The notes beneath the pieces are model-generated. The model saw only the letters and a list, made by a program, of their open reading frames with translations. It was not told the origin of the DNA and did no database searches. A program made the position numbers and the translations under genes. DNA of 61,229 bases, filler included. It is 4 parts of 4 records of this genome, joined end to end, with 100 filler letters (N's around TTAATTAATTAA, not from the genome) between each part and the next. Parts side by side here need not be neighbours in the genome. Positions count along the whole stretch, not along the records: positions 33,886 to 55,251 come from SRR2962707_562; positions 55,352 to 61,229 come from SRR2962707_564; 2 more parts are not named here. One strand, written 5' to 3'. Every line of letters begins with the position of its first letter. Position 1 is the first letter of the stretch. Of this stretch, positions 46,001-57,140 are shown piece after piece.

Positions 46001-49000
46001 GGCACTGCGACGGACTTCCAGTACACATCACTGCTGCAAACAAGCTACAACAATGGCCAAGACAACACGCCAGGGTCGTGGTTTTTGCGCAGTGACGGAG
46101 TGCCTGGGTGCTGCAAGTATGGTTTATTAGCAGAACAACTCTCTGGAGGGCACCACGACTCGACGAGCGAGAGCCAGACTCGCGCCACGAGGAGATCAAA
46201 CGACAGCCACGTGATTCGTACATATCCTTCCGAGCAGGTGCGGGTGCAACCTGAACATTGGCATCGCCTGGTCTTGACAGTAGACACCTTGGCACACCGA
46301 CTTCGTTTTTATGTTGACGGCTGTATTGCGACGGATATCGAGGACGCTGGTCTGGTGCTGCCCGACGACCGCTGGGCGCTTGACAAGACATTTGCACTGC
46401 TTCGAGACGGGGCTGACGTGACTGGATGCTGTCCTGGACCGGCCGTTCGCATTGGTTCGTTTCAACTGCGTGACTACCCAATGTCCCCAGCATCAGTTGC
46501 CAGCCTCGCAGGAGCATCGGTGTGGGGAGTTCCGCCGCCAAGCAATGCGGAATCGGCTGTTGCGCTCTGTGAATTGCTTGGTAATCGATATGACATTTCC
46601 AGCTGCGCGACTGCATTGCGAGCAACCAATTACCGGCGGACGGACGCAATTGTGTGGCTTCGCACCCATCGGAGGCGCTTGTTGCACAATGTGACAATCG
46701 AAAATAAAGCATTGGCTGCTGGGCTAGGTCTTTCGACGCAAACTGTTGACGCTGCTTTCGAGGAGTCCCACGGTGATGCTGTTGATGCGATCCTGCACGT
46801 GATGGCTGACAGTTCACCACTGGATGACACAGGGGTGGACGGTGAGCACAATGGTGATATTGGCCAGCATGTTTATTCGTTACAGAAAATTCAGGGTCGT
46901 GGCGATTCTCAAAGCGACATGTACCGCATCCACGGCAGCCGTCCCGCAAACGCTGCTTCGGAACGATCTGGGCTCAGCTCTCGAAACCTCAATGCTCACA
47001 GCTGGTCACGCTCGGTTTTCAATGTATGGGACGGGAACTACGGATATGACGCTGGCTATTTTACAGGTTCGAGGAGAATTGACAGCATTGGCCACAGCGT
47101 TGGTGCTCAGACGTTCCACCTCCGAGGACCAACTGGTTCTGTTTGGAGCGGGGACAGTGATTCTGCTGCTGCAGTGAACGCGCTAGCAACAGCAGTGTTG
47201 CGATGTACTCGCCAACTTGTGCACTCCCTCGCCGCGTCCGCTGTGATGCGTATGGTGATAAATGGTTCCCGCCGTGGAGTTCTGTCGCCATTCCGAGCCC
47301 AATTGCGAAGGCTTCTTTTGGACAATCGAACGCCTCCACTGGAGGTTATGGAAGTTCATCGCACTGGGGAAGGCAAGGATGCGGCGCAGAGTCGCCAAAA
47401 CCCTGCCGCTGCTACTAACCAACTACAGCACACACGCAGCCGTTTTCTGCATAACTTCCTCGATTTTTTGTCCGACACTCTTGTGCGTTCTCGCGAAACT
47501 TTTGTGAGAGGGGTTGGTGGCTCAGACAGCGCTGAGAGTGAAGCATCTCAAAGCGCCAATGCCCTGAGTGGGTTTGAGCTTGGTGGGGCTTCTATTCCTG
47601 CCAGTGAAACGACAACTTCTCCTGCGATGACAGTGGGAGCGCTGAAGACTATTCTGAAGCAGGAGCTTTTGCTCGCGACGAACCCGGACATTGTTGCTGC
47701 TGCAGCGAAACGAGAAGACGATATGCCTCGCTCACCTGCAGCTCGATCCTTACGCGACGCTATTGGCTCGCGCAGCCCACCACAGACCACCACGTTTGCA
47801 TTGGGAAGGTCTCCGTCGTCGATGTTTAGGGGAAGTCCTGCTGCCGCGCGGCGTATTTTGGCGGAGTCACGGCTGCTGACTAATGTTCTCGCTGCTGAAG
47901 CTATTTTGTCGATGGTGTCGAGCTTTACAATGTCGTCTTCCATTGTAGCATATCCTGTTACGGCGTGGCGATGTGTGTGGAGCGGACTAGGTCCAAAATC
48001 TGCGTCGATCTGGAACCCGCTTCCTCCTCCAAATGCGCTTCTTGGCGGTGAATTTGCACGCCCAGGTGAGGCGCCTGGCTCTGCCGATTCGAAACGGGAT
48101 GCTGGGGACGCTGAACGAAGAGAATGGGTTCTGTTGGGCGATGTTGCAACGGTTGGCAGCGCCCCTCCGGGAAGTAACAGCGCCTCATCAACTTATGCTT
48201 TCTATGGAATGCACGGCGCGTTTGCTCGCCCAATAAAATTCAATCGCGTTTGGGGAAGCAGCAGCTGGGATTGCAATTTTACCTTGTGGGAAATGGTGCC
48301 ACCAAAGGGATATGTAAGTCTCGGGGTTGTAGCCACTCTGCATGGCGAGTCGCCGCCTGGGAGCGTCGAGGGGGAAAACACCCCATACCGTTGTGTTCGT
48401 GCAGACTTGGTCCGCGAAGATGTTCCCCAGGAGCGACTCTGGTCAATTCCTGCGTCCGCCTTTGACCCCAATTCCTACTGTGTCATCACAGCTGGCAACC
48501 TTGGAAGCACGTTCTGTGTTGAGGTGTCGAATGCGCCAGCTGTTGAGAACAGTGGAGTTGGGAGAAACTCGACCGCCAGCCATTCGGCCATTGCCTGCCC
48601 TGCGTACCATTTTGCGACCCCCCCTGTCCTATTTAACCGTCACAGTGAAAGCATCGCCGTGTGGCTGCTTCAGCTTCTCATAAGTGTCTCTCAAGCGCGC
48701 ACGGAGCAGCAGCAGCAACTTGGCCCGATTAGCTCCTTGCCAGCATCCCCTACCTCCAGCACTCCAGCCCAGACCGCCTCGTTGGATGCCCCGGTGCTGC
48801 TTTCACCACATCTTGTACGGACTCTGTGGGCCACTGCCGAGCGTGCCCTTGGCGCTCAAGGTGGACTCGGCCCCAGTGGTGATGGGGACGATCGTGCTGC
48901 TGATGCCGTTCTCAATCAAGTTAGCGGCTTGGGGTTGTTCCGCTACAAGTGGCTTCGGTTGCTGTCGTCAGTGCTGCGTCTCAGTTCACATACCAGCCAG

Positions 49001-52000
49001 CGCTGGGGGCAGCGCATCACCGACCGGTACGAAGACGAGCTGGATGAGCTGTTTATGACCATCGCTGACAAAGCGCTGCGGGCCCTCGAAAAGGCACAGA
49101 AAGACAAGGAGAACAACGGGCATGCGAGCAAACAAGTCTCGCAGCTGCCCGAAGGGTACATCAATGGAAATTTTGCATGGTCAAGCTACGTGCAAACGAT
49201 TTTGGAGCTTGTTGTTGGCACCCGCATTCGCAGCCTACAAAAGGCGGACCTCGACCACGTATCTGATCGTGACTACCTTGTCTCCAACGATGAGGACTGG
49301 CTTGCGACGGAGCAATGGTTGCCCAAGTACATTGAATGTGCTTTACTCATGCAATCCTTGGTGGACCGGAACTCGCCTGCGCAGTCCATGATTCCTGGGG
49401 CAGTCCCAGCGCCTGGGCAAAGACTTACGCCACCTCGTGTTAAAGCAGCTTCACGGCTGCCGGCATCGTTTCTGGCTGGCTCCGATGTATTTGCTCCTTA
49501 CTTTGGTGTGTGTGAGGCCCAAGTAATTGAGTCAAAGCATCCTTATCCTCGGGACATGGAATCACAACAGTTCGACGTGAAGGTGCCAGATGCAAACTCC
49601 TTGGAAATCCATTTTGACCCGCGGTGTTCCACCGGGCCAGGCGATATGCTGAGACTTTACCTGCTTGAAGATGTGGGCGAGAATGATGGTCCGTCTGATG
49701 CCGTCACGCTTGCAACTGGCAATGCGCGCCGCAGGGCTTTTGCGCAGCGCGAGGGCCACAAATCTGATTTCCCGAAAGAACCGCTGCTGCTCAAGAACAT
49801 AGGAGAGCGTAGCAGCGAACAGATCGTGGGGATCTCCTGTGAATTCCCCCAGAGGCTGGCGTGGGGTCTGAAGCCAGTGGCTTCAAACGACGACCAGGCT
49901 TCAACTTACGGAGCTGGCATCTCGCTGGAGAAGGGATACCGTTGTGCCTCGTAAGTCTGCATGCCTTGGAGTTTCATGTGCCTTAAGGGATGCACACTTT
50001 TTATGTCCCATACCACTTGCGTGTTGTTTAAAGTTTTGGGCATGGATTTTTTTATATTGTTGGATTCACGCATGATGTTGGTAACTCAACATGGAACAGG
50101 TTTGCCACCCAGAAGCGAGGGGCCCCAGGGCAATGGCGCACGGTCTTTGGCAACGTTGAATTTTCCCATGGCCATCACTATTGGGAGGTTCGCGTCGATG
50201 TGTGCCGCAGCGGGCGTATGATGTTTGGCATTGGTGCCGATGGTGCGTTGGAAAACATTGAAGGCACCGAGCATGCTCATTTCTACGTCGGAAAGGACGA
50301 TTTGTCGTGGGGATGGTGCACACACGGCGGGTCGTTGTGGCATGCCGGCCAGAAGGAGTTAAATCGTGATCTTGGCGGTACAAACACCTCTTCAGACACG
50401 TACCGTGTTTATGGCATTTCAAAAAAAGCTACAATTTGCAATGCCAGCGAAATTGATCTGCCAATTGCTTCGCAGCGTGCGCAGGGAGCTAGCTTGTCAG
50501 CGATCAAGGCTGGAGACGTCGTGAGGGTGGATCTTGACCTGGATGTTGGCACGCTTAGTTTCTCAAAGAATGGCGTCAGCCTTGGTGTTGCGTTTGATGA
50601 CTTCGTTGAGCGAGACGACAACGGTGTTGTTGTTGACGCGGAACACTTTTTCCCTGGATTTTCTTTCTTCGACCCCGGTGACACAATAACCATCCTGAGT
50701 GGTTCAATGCCAGTGGCAAAAGTGGACAATATTGTCGCTGCACAGGCGAGCCATCACGGCGATGGCATGAGCAAAGTACCGAGAGTGCTTGGTGATCACT
50801 CGCGTGTCCAGCGTACGGCTTCAGGGTCCTGGGCACTCGACTCATCGGAGGTGTCGGAGTTGAACTTAGAGAAGCTCGAGCGCCTTGTGCAACTGGGGTT
50901 TCCACGCTCTGCATGCGTGCAGGCACTCCAAAACTATGAGTTCAATGTACACCTTGCAACTGAGTACGTTCACCGCGTTGCGTTGTTTCAATGCTGTTGT
51001 GCTTGACCTGCCGAGCGATTGTTATCCGTCTCGCATCAGTTTACTCACCATGACCTGGACGTGCGATGAAAATTCAAGGTACCTGATGACGAACGCAGAT
51101 AAATTCAGGGATGAAGAACGTGACCGGCAGATGCGCAAAGAGCGCCAGCAGGCTGAGCAGAAGGCCCATCAGACTGCATCCTGGATCGTGCAAACAATGC
51201 TGGATATGGAAGCCGAAATGAAGCTCAGTGCCGCTAAAAGCAGGGGCAGGGCAGGAAGCACCAAAACGAAGAGGAATCGTCAGCATCAACAGTCTGGGTC
51301 GACTGCCGCGATGGACACGGATGGAAGTTCTTCGTTTAACAATGGTGTCGGTGATGATTCTGGTTCTTTCGACAACATGTGCGCCGAACGCCGGCTGTCG
51401 ACGGTGGAGGCTGGGGGTAGCGATTCCGACGACGACTCACACTCAACTTCGTTCGATGGCTCACTTACTCATGACGCGAGCGAGCCAGACTACGTGAGTG
51501 ACACGCTTAGCCGCACGGCGACAGCAGAGTTCGATGCGTTGGAAGAGGCGGAAGGAGCCGAATGGAGTCGATCTGCAAGTGTAGAATCTGCTGTGATGCT
51601 GGGAGGCCGAGGCGAGACCAAGGATGCGTCTCGTCAGTCTGTCGACGCCGGCCCCGATCGCGATGCTGCGGCTGCAAACGCTGTGTCTGCAAGCGAGGAC
51701 GACGACGAAGATGATGACGAAGATGAAGAAGACGGAAGTAATATTGATGGGGATGATGACGATGACGATGACGATATTAGTTCGTTGGATGACGATGAGC
51801 TGCAGAGGTATTGGGGATTTAAGTTGCTTGTCGTTCCTATGCAGTTAAGCGGTGCCGCGATGGCCAGTGTGGTGACAAAAGATCAGAAACGCCTGATCAA
51901 GCTTCGCGTATTAGCGGCAAGGTGGACCTTGCACGATGACGAACAATTGGTCGCATTTGTGTGTGAATGGGCTCGAGCTCGAGGGTTTGATCCGCTTCGT

Positions 52001-53800
52001 GTTGTTCCGAACGAAATTCGTCTCGCCGACGTGGAAGCCTGTGCACCAAGGTATACGGCCGTAGCGGCGTTTCCCGAGAGAGAGGTTCAGCTACGGCTTC
52101 TTTTCTTGCAGGCGTTTAATCGCCGGGTGCGCCAGTTGCTTCCTCTCATTGATCTCAGCTGTGACCGCAACGACAGTGCCCTCGCTGACAACGTGCGCGT
52201 ACTTCGGGGGATCATATTCATGCCTGTCAAAGAAACGATATGGAAGACGACGCTGCGGCTCAGCCAATCAGAGGTGGCAGTGCGCCCCACTGTGCTTGTA
52301 GATCGCATGGGTGCTTTGGGAGCGTTGTCGGAGGCTCGGTCGGAGGCTCGGTCGCGGCCAGGATCTCCAGCTGCGAGCGCGGCAAGAACGGGCTTTGGCA
52401 GCCCCGGCGGAACTGATGCCGGAGCCGGTGGTGAGACATCAGTTGCTGGACGTACCGGCAATCGGGCGGGAGTAAAAACACCCAGTGGACGCACCAGTTC
52501 GAATCCTGTCTTTTTGCAGCTCTTCGAACAGCTGAATTCAGTTGACCCGTCACGTATGCGCCACTGCGAGCGAGGGTACATTGTTTCAATGTTGGGGGAG
52601 CATGCTGATGATTCGGGTGGCCCTTATCGTGAAGCGTTGGATGTGGCGTGCCGGGAGTTACAATCATCGCGGTTGCCAATATTTATCCCTTGCCCAAACC
52701 AGCGAGACGACGTGGGAACTGAATGCAGGGACGCGTGGATGCCCAACCCGAACTCCGAGGCCCTGGTTTCCACTGAACAGTCGAGTGCAAATTCTCGAGT
52801 GGATCCGAGTCCCGTGGACGCGGCTGGCACTGCAGTGCAGCAAACGCAATCCACCCGCATATTAGACTACCTAGAGTTTCTTGGGAAACTTATGGGTATC
52901 GCACTTCGAACGGGGTGTCACAACAGTGGCCTTGTCTTGCGTTTCCCACGTATTGTATGGAAGTATCTTGTGCAGGCCGAGGTGACCTTTGATGACGTCT
53001 GCCAGTATGACAAAATAATTGGGGACAGGGTGCAATATATCGAAAACATCATCAACGAGATTGAGGAAGAGGTTGACGAGGACGACGACGAGGAGCGGGC
53101 CAACGTCTGGCTCGAATACACGGAGGAGCTGGACCTTCGCCACTGTGTAATGGGAGCTGACGGCGTTGAGCACGAGCTTTTCCCTGGTGGCAAGGAAGTT
53201 TTAGTGCAGTGGGGCACCCATCGTGAGTACCTTCAGAGTACTAAGAGCTATCGATTGCGCGAAGTCGAGCTGCAATGCGAGGCAATGGCGCGCGGTATTG
53301 CCACGCAAGTACCCCGGGCGATTTTATCTCTGTTTACGCCGCAAGAACTGGAGGTAATGGTTTGTGGCGAAGCCACTGTCGACCTTTCTTTCTTGCGGAA
53401 GATGACAGAATATGTGGAGCCTCTGCTGGAGACTGACGATGTTGTGCGCTTCTTCTGGGAGGTGCTCGAAAGCTTCAACCAGGATGAACTTGGCCTCTAC
53501 CTGCGGTTCATTTGGGGCCGCTCAAGGCTGCCCGCTCGCTCCAGTGGCGGGAGTGACAACTCTACGCCATCCTTCGTGCACAAGATATGTTTTCTGGAAA
53601 CGGACGAAAGCTCAGATCCCGATGCTTTCATGCCGGTTGGGCATACTTGCTTTTTGAGGATTGACTTGCCGAACTACAGCTCGGCAGCAGTGCTGCGTCG
53701 CCAATTGCTGTACGCCATCACTCACACGCAATGCATCGACGCCGACGAAGGCACAACGGCTGAACGACAAGCCCAGGCTGCGTACTCAGCAAACCGATAG
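34061..53800 (+). CDS. Giant HECT E3 ubiquitin ligase (RCC1, SAM, C2, LamG-like, UBA, Vps62, SPRY, HECT), 5 exons, ~6395 aa
   Basis: Hand-spliced join(34061..34134,34287..38915,39052..49950,50100..50963,51079..53800), all GT-AG and in frame; RCC1 blades (GANDYGQLG, WGKNDCGQLG), SPRY (GHHYWEV), HECT (GEHADDSGGPYRE, PVGHTCF with Cys at 53648-53650). Exon 1 is the least certain. Confidence 0.88.
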
Positions 53801-54066
53801 AATGTGCGTTCTAACATTTTCAAGAATGCATGTGATTAAAAAAATAAAGGGAGGTGCAAAGTGTGTAGAGTGTCCGACAGGAGGATTTCCGCGACGGCGA
53901 TCGCAATGTGAACGCTCTACCAACTGTGTTTTGGTTTGAAACAAGTAATATATAATGTAAATCTACAATGTAACACTCAAGCACATCAGTTTGAACAACG
54001 TATGAAGCAATGTTGCTCAGCTTGTAAAATTCGAGCCGCAATGCAATAATTCCTGATGGCATTCTG

Positions 54067-54792
54067 TCACCTCGACCTGGTTCTGTCTCTCCAGTTTTTC
54101 GAATTGAGACCGTTGCTGCTGACCCACGGCTTGCCCACACTTTCTTCGTAGCTGCGCAATGGAAATTTGAAGTGTGAGTGGTTCTCGTTAATATAAGCAT
54201 TGGCCATCTCGTCTTTCCGACGCTCGCGCTTGTCGAGAACGTCGTCGTCGTCGTCAGCACCTTTGTTCCCAGTGGTTGATGGCCGAGATGCCGCGGAGTG
54301 AAACTGACGCTTTGCCTCAGACTGCATCGATGACTGGAATGTGAAACCACCTAGCAGATATCCTTTGTTCACCACGGAGGGCACATCCGAGCGGCGTTTG
54401 TTGGAGTTTGACACCGCACGCCGAATTCTCTGGTTACGATGAAGGCTTTCAAAGCGCTCCCGGATAAGCTTGTGATCGCGGGACTTGTCCACGAACAAGC
54501 GCTGGCGTCGTCTCACTTCCATTGGGTCAGCCGCACGCCTTGCCTTCTCTAGCCGCTCAAAGTCCACCGTGGTGGAGGCTTTCGCTCGCCGCTTGAGGTA
54601 GTCGTTGGTTTTGCTCGTGGTGTGCTTCATGAATTCCACATCCTCGAAGCGAGTGCTCATGAGCTTCGGCCCGGTGAGCGATCCCCAAGTGCCGTGCTGC
54701 CGGTGCCTCGCGTCAATTGGCGCCAACCGCCCAGCCCCCGTCTTTCCACCCGTGGTGCGAGTGCTGGCAGCAGGCTTGTTGTTTTTAGACAT
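54067..54792 (-). CDS. Hypothetical basic protein (~241 aa)
   Basis: Uninterrupted ORF from ATG 54792, K/R-rich, convergent with the HECT gene; no recognised domain. Confidence 0.6.
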   Translation of the reverse strand: MSKNNKPAASTRTTGGKTGAGRLAPIDARHRQHGTWGSLTGPKLMSTRFEDVEFMKHTTSKTNDYLKRRAKASTTVDFERLEKARRAADPMEVRRRQRLFVDKSRDHKLIRERFESLHRNQRIRRAVSNSNKRRSDVPSVVNKGYLLGGFTFQSSMQSEAKRQFHSAASRPSTTGNKGADDDDDVLDKRERRKDEMANAYINENHSHFKFPLRSYEESVGKPWVSSNGLNSKNWRDRTRSR

Positions 54793-54819
54793 TCTCTTTA
54801 CCGTCAATCACCCGCCCAC

Positions 54820-54892
54820 CCACTCACGCACCCAGTCACTCACTCGGTCACTCACTCGGTCACTCAGTCACGCAGTCACTCCTCACTCACTG
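54820..54892. repeat. TCAC/ACTC-rich imperfect repeat upstream of the 54792 gene
   Basis: Includes (GTCACTCACTCG)x2 and further TCACT units. Confidence 0.8.
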
Positions 54893-55151
54893 CGTGTGCG
54901 TGGGTGTGTGAGGCGTGTGGAGAAGCAGAACACAAAATAAAAGTCTCCTCTGAAACAAATACTGAAGCCGCAACTCTGAAGCCACGCGGGTTACTCAGTC
55001 ACTCGTTGAGAACACCCACGTCGTCATTGTTGATCTCTCGAACAAGCCAACGACAGCAGCAGGAACAAGCAAAGAAAGAACAACACGCCAACACGAAAGA
55101 TAGCAAAACAAACAGTGGAAGTGACATCCACCTATCCACGTAAGGGAGGCT

Positions 55152-55251
55152 GTTCGAGAGAGTCAGAGAGAGAGAGAGAGAGTTCGAGAGAGACCACCGA
55201 GAGAGTTGGAGAGCGTTCGGAAGATAGAGATAGAGATAGATAGATAGATAG
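55152..55251. repeat. (GA)n/(GATA)n microsatellite region at contig end
   Basis: GA run, GTTCGAGAGAG twice, GATAGA/GATA repeats. Confidence 0.9.
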
Positions 55252-55351
55252 NNNNNNNNNNNNNNNNNNNNNNNNNNNNNNNNNNNNNNNNNNNNTTAAT
55301 TAATTAANNNNNNNNNNNNNNNNNNNNNNNNNNNNNNNNNNNNNNNNNNNN
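55252..55351. other. Artificial contig spacer
   Basis: N44-TTAATTAATTAA-N44. Confidence 0.99.
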
Positions 55352-55381
55352 CTCAGCCTCAGCCTCAGCCTCAGCCTCAGC
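55352..55381. repeat. (CTCAGC)5 repeat, read as (Ser-Ala)n in the Arf-fusion frame
   Basis: Five perfect hexamer units at contig start. Confidence 0.9.
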
Positions 55382-56889
55382 TTTAGCAGCAGCAGCGGCG
55401 AAAACAACAATAGCAGCAGCAGCAGCAGCACACGGTGCCAACCTGATCCAACTCCTCCACAGCTGCGGAGCGTCCGTCACGCAGTTCCTGGAAATTAAGG
55501 ATTTGGCAAGGCTGGAAGCGACGGCACCGCGCATTCGGGAGGAAGTCGCGCTCGAGGACTCTCACTGGGCGTGGCGGGTCAAAGACTGCGAGGCAGGCTA
55601 CTTGGCGGTCCCCTCAGACAGCCACAAGGGGCAGAAAGAGGCGGTGAAAAAAATGAGGCAGAGGCTGAAAGAACTTGCCCAACAAGCGGCGGCACAAGAG
55701 GAAGGCGGTGCCTCCAAGGGGGCAGCAGCGACCGAATCGCCCGGCGGCCGCCTTCTTCCTTCTTGTGCAAGTCGCGCAAAGATTTTTGAGACGGAGCGCA
55801 AGCGAGTGGAACGATTCATTGGTGTGGACAGCAAGAACTTTGACGCAGTCCGAGCGGTGGAAATGCTGCAAAATCGTCCGTGGTACCAGAAAGTGCGTGA
55901 CATGCTCGCTTGCCTCGGGAAAGAGAAGTCCACGCGTACTCTGATCGTGGGGCTCGATGCGGCGGGGAAGACCACTTTCTTGTACAGCATGAAGCTGGGC
56001 GAAGTTGTGACAACTGTTCCTACGATTGGGTAAGATTGATGGACTGGAAATTGCCTCCAAAATCTTGAATTCCTTGATGCCCTGCCCTCCTTGCATGATC
56101 ACAAACGCAAGTCCGCCATTTTGCGTGGTCAGTCACTTTCTTATTATCTGTGTTGTTTTTTTGGTCAGTTTCAACGTGGAAACGCTGCAAACGAGGCAAA
56201 TGGGCAAGGTTGTGTGCTGGGACGTGGGGGGCAAGGACAAAATTCGGTCACTCTGGAGGCACTACTACAACAACACGCAGGGCATCGTGTTTTGTATCGA
56301 CTCAACAGATTACGGTAAGTATGCCATTGTGGTTCTTGTGGAAAACTCGCGATGACTCAAATCAAGTCTCGTTGGCTTTTTGTTTTCACAAGCAAATTGT
56401 GTCCGTAGTTCGCTTCCCGGAAGTCCAGCGAGAAATTCAGCGGTTTCTGTCTGAAGACCTGTTGAAGAATCTTCCCATTCTCTTTGTGGCAAACAAGCAA
56501 GATCTTCCATCTGCCGTGGTCAGTTCCTTTGTTTGCTTGTGCATGAGCTTTGCGACGTCATGCCGTACATAGTGTAGTGGCCGGACCTTCACTTGTTTGT
56601 TTTGTGATACCGCTTTGTTTGGACACGGACTTCAGGCACCTCTGGATCTAACGCGACTCTTGAACATCGAAGGGATTGTCGGTTCCAGTAAGTGTAGTTG
56701 CGCAGCGTCCACTGTTGCTGCCTGTCATTGGCCAGACGCTTGGGTTACCAGTCCTAAAACTGAACTCTCTGTTTGTTCGACTGCTGTGCAGCCCAAACAC
56801 GCTGGAGAGTGCAGGGAGCCTCTGCTACACAAATGAAGGGCTTGTGGGAGGGGATTGATTGGCTTGCCGCCGCTGCTATGGCACCGTGA
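55353..56889 (+). CDS. F-box-like domain fused to an Arf-family GTPase (5'-truncated), 5 exons
   Basis: join(<55353..56029,56169..56314,56409..56518,56636..56687,56792..56889); [41 protein letters not shown]-terminal [12 protein letters not shown]...DSHW is F-box-like. Confidence 0.85.
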
Positions 56890-57140
56890 AATTGGTCAAA
56901 TCCATTCCTCGCTCCTGCTGCCGCTGCCAATGCTGCGCACGGCAACGCCTTTGAGCGATATCCAAGATGACCTGTTGAAAGAGTGGTGTATTGCCATTGA
57001 CCAGTCGACGGTACTGCGCTTGAGAATTGTACCAACAACGGCATTGCAACATGTAATGTATGCTTGTTCACCGGTAAATGCTTTACAGTGTACCATTCAT
57101 AAAATTTCATTGTAGTCACAAAGTACCTCCAAGGCTTGAG

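Noticed and set aside
45759..46949. 396-aa minus-strand ORF inside the HECT gene
   Set aside because: No recognisable domain; expected shadow ORF in GC-rich coding DNA
34135..53800. Four separate or frameshifted ORFs, or a fragmented pseudogene
   Set aside because: Canonical GT-AG introns join them in frame and restore motifs across junctions (SPRY start, UBA ATEYL)
54820..55251. Short repeats as a CRISPR array or telomere
   Set aside because: No constant repeat with unique spacers, no cas genes, and no uniform telomeric unit; these are simple microsatellites
56855..57115. 86-aa ORF as a C-terminal extension of the Arf protein
   Set aside because: The spliced Arf frame ends at TGA 56887-56889 after the conserved GLWEGIDWL; this ORF is in another frame in the 3' region
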